Positions 55,701 through 64,000 of a stretch of 64,000 bases of DNA are shown in pieces. Origin of the DNA: Phoronis australis. Taxonomy: Eukaryota; Animalia; Phoronida. Under the pieces are notes generated by a model. It did no database searches, was not told the DNA's origin, and saw only the letters and a program-made list of their open reading frames with translations. Position numbers and translations under genes: made by a program. The stretch spans positions 1,604,200 to 1,668,199 of the forward strand of contig NMRA01000029.1 in the NCBI GenBank assembly GCA_002633005.1, in the 5' to 3' direction. The stretch's first letter is position 1, and each line of letters opens with the position of its first letter.

Positions 55701-57438
55701 CCATTAAATTCACCTTTTTCAACACACCATCTCTAGTTCCAACGTACGCCACAGTGTGATTCTCCACTGTTTTGATGGCTATGGAGGACAGATGCGCACC
55801 CACCTCAATCGTTAACACGGACGAAACATTAATTTTACCCACGACGGGAGAGTTGTAAAAGTATTCTGGATCTTGCAGTTCACCACAGGATATGGTGGAG
55901 TAATCTTTAGTCGTACTCTGAAATATAAGAAATAAATTCAAATACATTGTTACGATGACAGTGTATAGAAAAGGTAGTTTAAATATTTCGTACGATACAT
56001 GTTAAGAAGGCACCAAATTTTCTGGTAACTGCGTCCTTGACACTTTTAGGGAAAGATAGGAAAATAAGGGACAGGCTCAAGCCAAAATGTAACAAGTCCG
56101 TTTGTTCGGAAACGGGTAAGCGCTTCCCACGCTTCATGAAAACAGAAAATCTTCTCACAGAGACAACTGGCAATGAAAAATATCAACGAGACATCCCAAA
56201 CTACACATCGGGATATTTTCACTTGAAATTACATTTGCTTTGTATCACCGGGATTACAGGAGGAGGTGCAAGCAAAACGAGACTCTATACGCGCGCGTAG
56301 AACGGGGTTTTGGAGCATTTTCTGAAGAAATTGTTGCATTTTCCTGTTTACAGAAGTAGGCCTAATTCACGGTAAAGTTATGAAGTAGTGGAATCAGAAT
56401 CGAATCTATAAACATGCTTACTTTGCATGGCTGGTTGCCTGATGAATAATACAGGGCATTGTTATATCTTCCTTTTTGGAAGCACTGATTTCCATTCGCA
56501 ATAATTGTGGCATTTATATCTTCAAAATTATAAACGCAAATTGCTGACATGTTAGGTACGTGACTCTTGTGGAACACTGTTACAAGAACATTCTCTTCAG
56601 CAATGACGCCTCCGGCCAAGGCGAGACTGTTCCCAAGCTCAGCTATTGTTGCACTTTGCACGACGTCGTAGGTGACACTGCCATGTTTACACTCCAAAGG
56701 TATTTCGATGTAGGAGAGGTAAGCAAGATCACCATCACAAATTCGTGCAATCTTGGATACTCCCGGACTTGGATCTCTTTGATGGAAAAGAAAATGCGTG
56801 TACTTTCCCATATGGAATCCAAACTTATAGGAAAATACATTTTGGTTAGTGTTAGACATGGTTAACTTAGCCTGAGAGCTAACTTGAAGTCTTGTATTTC
56901 CCGTCAGATTCCTTGTGGAAATAACAGGCATGTCACGAATAGGTCTATCGCTACCTCCAGAAGTGTAAGTAGCAGCAACACAAATGGAATCCCTGTTGGG
57001 AACGACAACTCCAACCGTTGACGCCTCAGGCGTGTTGGCAGCAACCATAGTGTCGGCGCTACGATAAGCAGTGTAGTCACTAATATTACGCAGGTAACGA
57101 ATCTCACAAGTTCCTTGGTACACATTGCCGCAGGTAATGAGGTTACGGCTGTTGTATATTGCCAGTATTTTGTTATGATTATCAGTCAGTGTTTCTGTTT
57201 CTCCTGCCAAACAGCCGCTTAGAGAACAGGTTCTATTTTCCATAACCGGTCCAGTTGACACATTCTGCAGTATATTCAACTCGCTGTCAAGCAGGTACAG
57301 ATGGTTGACGGCACCAACGACAAGCGTTCCGTCATTGAGCTTCGTTATATGATTTAGCAATGTGAGCGTCTCAAGCAGGACACTCTCACTCACAGCAGCC
57401 AACAATGCCACGATTATCACGGAAGGAATGCGTGACAT
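13653..57438 (-). CDS. PlexB: Plexin gene A (plexin-B-like), complete 29-exon CDS, ~1792 aa
   Basis: Hand-assembled exons join in frame with GT-AG sites and sum to 5379 nt. Hallmark plexin motifs: [85 protein letters not shown]. The B-class call rests on recalled motif similarity to invertebrate plexin-B. Confidence 0.93.
14420..14494 (-). CDS. Plexin A exon 28
   Basis: [25 protein letters not shown]. Confidence 0.9.
15053..15193 (-). CDS. Plexin A exon 27
   Basis: [31 protein letters not shown]. Confidence 0.95.
15492..15639 (-). CDS. Plexin A exon 26 (GAP C2)
   Basis: [22 protein letters not shown]...[19 protein letters not shown]. Confidence 0.96.
16826..16986 (-). CDS. Plexin A exon 25 (GAP C2)
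   Basis: [15 protein letters not shown]...[13 protein letters not shown]...[11 protein letters not shown]. Confidence 0.95.
17498..17646 (-). CDS. Plexin A exon 24
   Basis: WHLVK...[13 protein letters not shown]. Confidence 0.94.
18084..18254 (-). CDS. Plexin A exon 23 (RBD)
   Basis: [18 protein letters not shown]...[15 protein letters not shown]. Confidence 0.95.
19024..19177 (-). CDS. Plexin A exon 22 (RBD)
   Basis: [29 protein letters not shown]. Confidence 0.95.
19639..19785 (-). CDS. Plexin A exon 21
   Basis: [37 protein letters not shown]. Confidence 0.95.
20652..20975 (-). CDS. Plexin A exon 20 (GAP C1)
   Basis: [25 protein letters not shown]...[24 protein letters not shown]. Confidence 0.95.
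22787..22923 (-). CDS. Plexin A exon 19 (GAP C1)
   Basis: [42 protein letters not shown]. Confidence 0.95.
23386..23617 (-). CDS. Plexin A exon 18 (transmembrane helix and juxtamembrane segment)
   Basis: [15 protein letters not shown]...[26 protein letters not shown]...[18 protein letters not shown]. Confidence 0.94.
24387..24563 (-). CDS. Plexin A exon 17 (IPT)
   Basis: [41 protein letters not shown]...LPTVT. Confidence 0.92.
24977..25210 (-). CDS. Plexin A exon 16 (IPT)
   Basis: [15 protein letters not shown]...[11 protein letters not shown]...ANPEF. Confidence 0.92.
25437..26920 (+). mobile_element. THAP-encoding DNA transposon relic (ISL2EU-like)
   Basis: Perfect 19-bp TIR CAATAGCGGATTTGCAGCG, readable as AT|AG..CT|AT. 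THAP CCNLGC...FYVFP...W...HRVCS*HF...IPTEF is split by a nested insertion. Confidence 0.75.
25740..26463. mobile_element. Nested MITE, possibly P-like, interrupting the THAP ORF
   Basis: 7-bp TSD ggccatc/gaccatc and short TIR taggcaa/ttgccta. Removing it restores the frame PTRGHRVCS. Confidence 0.6.
27753..27849 (-). CDS. Plexin A exon 15 (IPT)
   Basis: [32 protein letters not shown]; donor gtgagt. Confidence 0.9.
29776..29946 (-). CDS. Plexin A exon 14 (IPT)
   Basis: RADNRTVC...[19 protein letters not shown]; phase 2 to 2. Confidence 0.9.
30158..30295. repeat. (TATG)n microsatellite
   Basis: Seen directly. Confidence 0.9.
30300..31600 (-). mobile_element. 5'-truncated CR1/L2-group LINE ORF2 relic
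   Basis: [17 protein letters not shown] reverse transcriptase motif near 31580; C-terminal KVRTY...LHLGTGRY...C..C...VEDELHF. Confidence 0.8.
31606..33012. repeat. Complex (TATG)n-derived satellite with GTGCATCT punctuations
   Basis: Seen directly; it produces the spurious M/Y/V/C and H/T/Y/I ORFs. Confidence 0.97.
33379..33521 (-). CDS. Plexin A exon 13 (IPT)
   Basis: [31 protein letters not shown]...VSCDIL. Confidence 0.92.
33724..34350 (-). mobile_element. Penelope-like retroelement with inverted pseudo-LTR, spanning the assembly gap
   Basis: GIY-YIG C-terminus QIIEK...[21 protein letters not shown]; ~148-bp near-perfect inverted repeat at 33724-33872 and 34201-34350. Confidence 0.8.
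34018..34200. other. Assembly gap
   Basis: Run of N. Confidence 1.
37739..37993 (-). CDS. Plexin A exon 12 (IPT)
   Basis: [22 protein letters not shown]...IVCQSG...FEYK; 255 nt. Confidence 0.92.
38749..38862 (+). pseudogene. MADF/Myb-SANT relic (Harbinger accessory protein type)
   Basis: [38 protein letters not shown]. Confidence 0.65.
39079..39230 (+). mobile_element. ~150-180 bp MITE family, copy 1 (Harbinger-like)
   Basis: cctcccgttcagtaacg...gacttcgcgagattac...cctagcgttactgaacg, also at 44350 and 58190. Confidence 0.75.
40298..40443 (-). CDS. Plexin A exon 11 (PSI3)
   Basis: [33 protein letters not shown]...PCQHIIINT. Confidence 0.9.
41079..41166 (-). CDS. Plexin A exon 10
   Basis: [29 protein letters not shown]; donor gtgagt. 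Confidence 0.9.
42023..42127 (-). CDS. Plexin A exon 9
   Basis: [35 protein letters not shown]; 105 nt; phase 0. Confidence 0.88.
44350..44526 (+). mobile_element. MITE family, copy 2
   Basis: Same sequence with extra cctagcgtagg units. Confidence 0.75.
46199..46412 (-). CDS. Plexin A exon 8 (PSI2)
   Basis: [20 protein letters not shown]...CPRI...NLP. Confidence 0.93.
46777..46873 (-). CDS. Plexin A exon 7
   Basis: [32 protein letters not shown]; phase 1 to 2; ttttcag/gtaagt. Confidence 0.9.
47455..47593 (-). CDS. Plexin A exon 6 (IPT/TIG)
   Basis: [19 protein letters not shown]...GVRCETP; phase 0 to 1. Confidence 0.9.
48247..48385 (-). CDS. Plexin A exon 5
   Basis: [16 protein letters not shown]...[21 protein letters not shown]; phase 2 to 0. 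Confidence 0.9.
49939..50039 (-). CDS. Plexin A exon 4 (PSI1)
   Basis: [33 protein letters not shown]; this frame is not in the ORF track; donor gtaagt. Confidence 0.93.
50600..51750 (-). mobile_element. RNase H-bearing LINE relic (I/Loa/R1 group)
   Basis: [43 protein letters not shown]; contains stops and frameshifts. Confidence 0.7.
51990..53030 (+). mobile_element. L1/Tx1-type LINE reverse transcriptase relic
   Basis: [56 protein letters not shown]. Confidence 0.75.
55224..55349 (-). CDS. Plexin A exon 3 (end of Sema)
   Basis: IHLKNAIEK...[18 protein letters not shown]; 126 nt. Confidence 0.92.
55714..55917 (-). CDS. Plexin A exon 2 (Sema)
   Basis: [13 protein letters not shown]...[15 protein letters not shown]; 204 nt; AG/GT boundaries. 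Confidence 0.92.
56422..57438 (-). CDS. Plexin A coding exon 1: signal peptide plus most of the Sema domain (339 codons)
   Basis: [19 protein letters not shown] signal; [42 protein letters not shown]. Acceptor ttttcag before 57496; donor gtaagc after 56422. Confidence 0.95.
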
Positions 57439-58189
57439 GATTTGTTCAAGTGAACTGTAGGTTTTCTACGAAACTCGTGCGATGTGACTGTTCAGTCTGA
57501 AAATGAACATTTCATGGAAATTATTACTGATGCATCAAAAAGAGTAACACTATGGTTTTGAACAACCTTGATGAACCATCTGATTTTAAAATGGACATTT
57601 TTTTGCCAAGCCTGTCATAATCGAAGACTTTTTGACATTTCTTTATTTACTTACTTATAAATACCCTGAATGCATTTCAGAAAAGATTTGCGCAATTATT
57701 TGTTGATAGTTTTTGTTTTAATTCCGTTTTTATGTCGCGTTGCAAGGATGGGTCAGATTTTTTTTTTGTAGATCTCTAGACTCTATTTGCTTTGTTGTGC
57801 CCTGTATTGTAACAATTTTGAAGTTGTGACATCTGGGACGTTTTGACAAATTGGGCCTGCACAGTGCCCGTAAACTGACGTTGGTTTTGAAACAAAAGCA
57901 CGTCAGACTATTATACACACTGCCTGTACTGTTTTACGTATGACCTGCTGATACTTTATACAGCTATTGCAGAAATCACCGGTGTGCTTATAAAATGGAT
58001 ACTAAACCCTGTTTTGAGGATTGCAACCAATCCTGACATTGTGTCACATGCTAATGAAACGCCAGTCTTTCAAGCTAGAGGCAGGAATCAATTGAAACGT
58101 GATACGCCCCATGTCACAGATTTGACATTATGGTCCTTGGTGGGTGGTCTTTTGCCAGTTGCCTTATTATTGGCTGAAAGCGTAGATCG

Positions 58190-58497
58190 GCCTCCCGTTC
58201 AGTAACGCTAGGACCTCGCTAAAAAGCAAGACTTCGCGAGATTACGTGAGATATTGCCGTGCATTTTAAATGATAACACGTGACTTTGACTAGGTTTTAG
58301 CTAGGTCCTAGCGTAGGTCCTAGCGTCTACTGAACGCACGCCTGGTGTGCGTTCAGTAGACGCTAGGACCTACGCTATTACCTAGCTAAAGCCTAGTCAA
58401 AATCACGTGTTCTCATTTAAAATTTCTCTGCAATATCTCACGCAATCTCGCGAAGTCTTGCTTTTTAGCGAGGTCCCAGCGTTACTGAACGGGAGGC
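58190..58497. mobile_element. Two copies of the same MITE joined tail-to-tail (~308-bp palindrome)
   Basis: 58190-58341 is the reverse complement of ~58346-58497. Confidence 0.85.
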
Positions 58498-60121
58498 AGG
58501 CTTGCCTGTTCATCAGAAATGAAAAGGAGTTCTGAAATTTTCCTCCAACCCTTTGAAGGTTGTCGAGGGTTACAGAAAATTATTTTGTTGCAGAGAACTG
58601 GATGGGAAAGTTGTTTAGTATCTTTCAGTAAGCCAAAACTGGGTTTGGTATCATTTTAATGCGTCGATGATAACGCCAGATGTTGACACCTTGAACAATA
58701 ACGAATGTTTAGTTATTAAGCAAAAACGTGGTATGACTATGTGATCAAGCACTAAATCTGATAACTTATGGTTACCGGCAAGAAGCAAATAATATATCAG
58801 ACCCATAACACGGTGACATGAATAAGTATTAATTAAAACAGCAATTAACTTGTGTTCCGTCGAAAAATACATTTTGATTTTGACTACTTACTGAGAAATG
58901 GTTTAAGAACTAACAATTCGTTATTGCTTGAGACCATGCTCGGCGAAGGTAAAACTTTGCCCCACTATAACAAACTACCAGATCTCTCCAAGCGCAGAAA
59001 TCACGCCTATTTTGAACAAGGAACAATTCGAGATCAATTTCATAACGGTAAGTGTTCTCTTTCTTTCTGTGACGGAATGGGGTTTACAAATAAATTGCAT
59101 TAATTCACGCACAGAGCTCCAAATAACTAAAAAGCCAAAAACTGCAATCGAAAGGTTTAGACAGTCTCGTCTCATTGATGTACCTTTATGACTAATTATA
59201 AATACTTCAGCGGAACGTGATGAGTTAAAACTTTACGCTCCGGGGTTACAACTGTCCTCTTTTAAAACTGGCAGTGAGCATTTCAGTTACTACCCAACAG
59301 ACGTCGCGCTGTTACAATTTCACTAGAAAGGCGGGAATATCTGAGACCGCCTGTTAATCGTATTCCCTACAGAAGGGTACGGTTGTTATCCCGTAAAGTT
59401 TTAACTAGAAACGTCCGGCTAAATTTAATATTCATAATAAGTCATATACGTGGACCTGGATGAATCATAAGATACATCAGTTCATTGAAAAGCATAAAAT
59501 TTCTAGAAATATATTAGACGATGATGTCAGAGAGTTATAAAACAAAGGTTTGGTTGATAACACCCATGTTGGTTTTCAGATTCAGTTACTAATGATGAAT
59601 GCATGGGCAGCGCACCATAGGGGCTGGGGGGGCTATAGCCCCCAACTTTTTTCAGTGCTTCGTCGCCCATGGAATGTCACGTGTTTTGATACTGAAAAAT
59701 ATATAGGAAATACAAACGGGTGATAAACGACCAGAACTTCGAAAATAGGATTTATTCGAAGCGACATACAGAAGTTATACTGACTAGGATATGCAATTCC
59801 GACGTAAAACACAAGAATTAATCAATTCAGACACCAAACCGGTTTTCACGCTCTTTAGCATGTAAAGATACTGTAATTTTACTTCAGGTTTGTTTAGTTC
59901 TTTTTGTTATCACACTGGAGGTATGCATTAATAAAATACCTGTCGGGTGCTATCATTGGCTGCTCCATTAAAGAGTGTTAAGACTGATCATGCACTGAAT
60001 TTTTGCAAATTTCCCGCCTTCTATGATTATACACGTTCATCAAGAGTTTTAATTATCGGTACCGATTGCACGCCGTCTGGTGGCCACATTAGGTGACCTA
60101 ACGCAAAAAGTCTGAAATATT

Positions 60122-60160
60122 GCTGCCCCGACCGGGACTCGAACTTGGGACTTCTGCTAA
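60122..60160 (-). repeat. tRNA-like/SINE fragment
   Basis: Minus strand gtcccaagttcgagtcccggtcggggca resembles a T-arm and acceptor end only. Confidence 0.4.
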
Positions 60161-60799
60161 ATGTGCAGGACAGGATGTAGCGTGCAGACCAAACTTAAAC
60201 TGCTTGTGATCGACATTTTCACACAGGTTTAAGAGTCACACATTTCGTATTACTATGTAATTTAAATATACTTACCCAAAAGGAGAATTATGACATTCTA
60301 GTACAGCAATATAAGAAACATAATATCTACGGACCTATTGCAACAGAATGAACAAAAAACAAATGAACAAACACAAAAGCACGAAAACGTTGTATGAAGT
60401 TGCTACTTAAAGACAAATCGATAAAGTATTCTTCGAATATCGACCCAATATTAATTAAAAACTTGTAAATCTAAATTGAGTCGTATAGTGCGGAAATGCA
60501 ATAATCTCCTATAATATTTTACCCCACAATTTCGAACGATGTCTTTTTCAGGCTCCATTCATGTAATGTATAAGCGTTGTGTAAGTTCCATGAACTGTTT
60601 CGTGAGAAACTCAATAAGCGTCATATACAAAATCTCCGTGTGTGTTGACGAAAATAATTGAAGTGTCGGAGAGAAAAATTACGTCAACATCTTTTGGGTT
60701 GGGCAACAAATACTTACTGGCATGCCTACAACGGGTGTTGACTGCCTGCCATTAAGAGGAACAGGGGACGGTATAAAAGAAATGAAGCCAAACAACAGA

Positions 60800-62010
60800 T
60801 TGTAAACGCGGGGTAAATATAGGATACATTAACCATTAAGACATCTGACACGATTAGAAGATGCAATTGTCAGTGACAGATATGATTTACGTGCATGTAC
60901 ATATGGGCTGAAATACAATTTTGGGATCTGGGAAATGAGCCAAACGGGACGAGGTCTGTTTCAGTTTGCTTAAAACATGACGTGATGGTTCCTAATTGCC
61001 ACGTCATAAAAAATTGAAGCTTTCTGACGTAATTAAAGTACGTAAGTGAAAGGGAAACTTAAAATTGTGTGAGACTATTCAAATATCAACAAATCTGAAG
61101 AGTTTAACTTTGTTACAGTATGAAAGTAAAAACCTTGTCGAATAGGCTGTTGATCTTTATACTAATCCGTCATTAGTTGAGTCATGCTACTATATATTTA
61201 TAGCGTCAATTAGCCAAATAAAGAAAGGCATACATTCAGATAGAAAAAATATTGCATTCGAGAAGCCTATTTTGAATGAGCAGCAAACATCGTCCCGCCG
61301 CAATCTACACTTGTTTGTCTGACTTTCCTGTTACACCTTACACTTATTCGTTCTTCACAGTATTTCACTCCTGTGTATGTTACTAGCTTTTGCTCTGTGG
61401 CGATAGTACTGCGTCTTTTTATTTCCACTAAGAGAATGAAACGTACGTTTCGAAAGGCCGTGTGTCTTTTAATCATGTATCTTGGTTTGTTACTTTACCA
61501 ATGTTCTGTTGAATACCGAACTTTGTGTGGCGGACCAAAGTCGCACACGCGGCGAATAGGCTGGCTTGAACAACTACAAAACCCCATGACCAGCGAACCA
61601 TAACAAGAGGTTCTTGATGACACAACTAACTCTTTATTCATAAGCAGAATCTCATATATGTGCGCAGGTAGGCTTTGACCTACCTGAATAGATGAGTCTA
61701 AATACAAGGCCCGTGTTAAGTTAAACACAGAGGGGAGAGTAGCCTTGAACACTTTGTTCCGAGGATACGAATAGTATGGAATAAAGATAGCCAACAACGA
61801 CAAGTGTCGTGTATTTAACCAATTTTGTATAAAATATTCAAGAACATATGTCCCTAACAAGTTTTCGTAGTTTTCTCGATGTTGTTTCCTTTTTGTGGCT
61901 TATTTATTACAGTTTTATAAAAAACAGTCATTATAGAACTTATTTTTGATAGCCTCTCAGAAAAAGTCGGTATTTTAAAAACTATTCCCAATAGGGCTCT
62001 GGAGACCAGC
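60800..62010 (-). promoter_or_regulatory. Paralogous promoter/5'UTR block of plexin A, with a ~600 bp extra segment at ~61260-61880
   Basis: Homology to 9085-9780; candidate non-coding first-exon donor gtaaat at 60890. Confidence 0.7.
61044..61059. promoter_or_regulatory. ISRE/IRF-binding element upstream of plexin A
   Basis: AAGTGAAAGGGAAACT, which reads AGTTTCCCTTTCACTT on minus; same position as the 9371 site within the duplicated promoter block. Confidence 0.6.
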
Positions 62011-62270
62011 GTAAATGTATAAAGTACAAGGAATGTCACATTTTGTTGATATCAGCCGCTCATATTACAATTACCTTACGCAGACTACAGCTCACTTGGC
62101 TTTGAAATAGTCTCTCAACCTAACTGGAGGAGAAGCCATATGTTTGGGTATGAATGACTTAAGTTTCATGCTTCCAAAAGAACGTGACAGCGTTCCGTAT
62201 CGTATTCCCCAACAGCACCATTCTCAGTAGAGTCCGGCATCTAGCGATGTAGGCGGCGGGCCAAGTTTTG

Positions 62271-63360
62271 TAGTGCCTCTAGAAAGCACTTTTTGTGGGT
62301 ATTTTAGGGGGCAATTCTATTTTGGTGATTTTTAATTGATTTACTAGTGTATTTTCAAAATCTGAAAAAGTCCCTCGTGTAAAGTTGCATTTTTTGAGAA
62401 ATTTGGGTTTGAATTCATGTAATAGTTATCAAAGACCTTAGTGAACTTATATTTGTAAAATTAACACTCTTCCTACCTTTTCTGTAAAGCAAGTAATCAG
62501 GTCTCATAATAACAATAATACACTTACATTACATTTTTTACTTTTGTAGAGGAACTGTAAACAGTGAAATTTAAAAAATATGAAGTGACATTTAGCGGCA
62601 GAAATACGAACTAAATCTAAATGTTAGTATGAGGTCATCATGACATTGTCTGACAAGCAAATTACACAGTACACTCAAGAGTGGTTCAATTGTGTGTGTC
62701 AGTGACTGCACCATCGATTAAAAGAATAAAATACAAATTGTTCACATAATATACTAAAAACGTGCTGAACAAAAAACAACAAAGCTGCATGATTGAAAAC
62801 AACAAAGCTGGATGATATCTGTAAATGTGCACACCGACTGTATGAAAATACTAGGTTATTCTGACAGTGAGCGTGTAGCAACCAGACTAAGACAAATACA
62901 TGACAATGATCAAAGTATGTACCGTCTATGACTAAATCAACAAATAAATTTCACAGCTCGTACTTCTTAACACAAAAATATAGCGAAATAACGGTGTTGG
63001 AGACGTTGGCGGTCTATTTACGGTTGAACTGTCAAAGAACTATCCAAAGTCAGTTTTGCTACAGTTGTCAAAACTGCACATTTCTGTACAGTTTGGTCCA
63101 GCATTGTAACACAAACTCAGTTTGCCTGCACACATGTTCTTTTTGCACTTGCAGCTTACATAGTTCAGTTAGTACTGTCAACGGAGCTGTGGGCATTGCC
63201 ATCCATTTCAACCGCAAAGCTCCAACGCCAAGGAGCCAACTATGGCCGGTTAGAGAGGGACAGCACTGCACACTGTTATTTGGCCATGCAATAAAAGGTC
63301 AAGCAATGAGTCCTTGTTTGGAGGCAGGCAGAATTCTGGCAAATGTTTGACTCAAATTAC
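62271..63360 (-). mobile_element. Academ-like DNA transposon 3' relic with Cys-rich CXC tail
   Basis: Frameshifted W...LRLKWMAMPTAP...CKCKKNMC..LCYNAGPNCTEMCSFDNC; possible TAG terminus at 62271. Confidence 0.5.
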
Positions 63361-63362
63361 GT

Positions 63363-64000
63363 TGTAATGAGCAGTGTTAATTAGTGCGTCAGCAAGAGAG
63401 GTATTGAACACCGCCAGTAAAATGAGAGTAAATGTGTGAACTCAAAATACCTGAGTTTATTTATTGCAAATGGCGAAACCCGAAGGACTAACAAAAATAG
63501 TCAAACGAATAACTCGCGTAAAGTAATAAACGGGAAACCAATAGTGGCGTAATGTCTCTTTAAGTCCTTTGAAGTAACACTTATCAGTCCTAAGAAAAAA
63601 TTAGCACAATACATGTAATACACTTGAACTAGGATCGGTACCATCAAAGTCCAGGCAGGATACCATAACACTTAATCAACCACAAAATCCTGAAGGTAGG
63701 TTGGAGGACGTTTGGTCCTGGAAGAGCGTCGCAAAGGAACGTCTCCCGTCACGTCAAGCGTACCGCTGCTAGTATGACCCGCATCATTGGTAGGAACAAC
63801 ATCATTCAAGGTGTGGGAAGGTTGACTCAGGTTTACTCCAGGAAGAACATCAGACACACTAGAAGGTGGTAACTGAGGAGCAGGTTGGGTTGCTAATGGG
63901 AGCATTAATCGAGGGACATGATCGTCTTCATCATCGGTGAGGTCGTGGGTAACTGGACCGTAAAGTGAAGGTGTCTCTGAAGGGACCTTGTAACATTCGG
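63363..64000 (-). mobile_element. Gypsy-type LTR retrotransposon 3' end with LTR at ~63363-63579
   Basis: pol tail LRRSSRTKRPPTYLQDFV*; on minus a TGTTAC...ATTACA segment containing AATAAA; the polypurine tract is degenerate. Confidence 0.6.

Noticed and set aside
60272-60300. Possible 22-nt 5'UTR micro-exon (tag...gtaagt on minus)
   Set aside because: Weak polypyrimidine tract and no counterpart in the paralog; unsupported without transcripts

Overview
Animal (invertebrate bilaterian-type) genomic DNA: AT-rich, intron-rich, with one N gap at 34018-34200. The window holds two tandem plexin genes on the minus strand. Gene A is complete. I assembled 29 coding exons by hand from 57438 to 13653; all have GT-AG splice sites and consistent phases, giving 5379 nt or about 1792 aa. 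Its layout is signal peptide-Sema-PSI/IPT-TM-split GAP/RBD, it resembles invertebrate plexin-B, and the catalytic arginines are intact. Gene B lies directly downstream: its first three coding exons (7577-4423) have the same intron positions and it runs off the left edge. The two Sema domains differ strongly in indel-rich loop patches. The two upstream regions are still alignable, and each has a consensus ISRE/IRF element about 150-170 bp upstream of a candidate first splice donor. This suggests, by inference only, an IRF-inducible and diversifying plexin receptor cluster. Introns and flanks contain many decayed and nested transposons: Kolobok-like and ISL2EU-like THAP elements, Harbinger-like MITEs, Penelope, several LINEs, an Academ-like relic, a Gypsy 3' end, and a 1.4 kb TATG-derived satellite.
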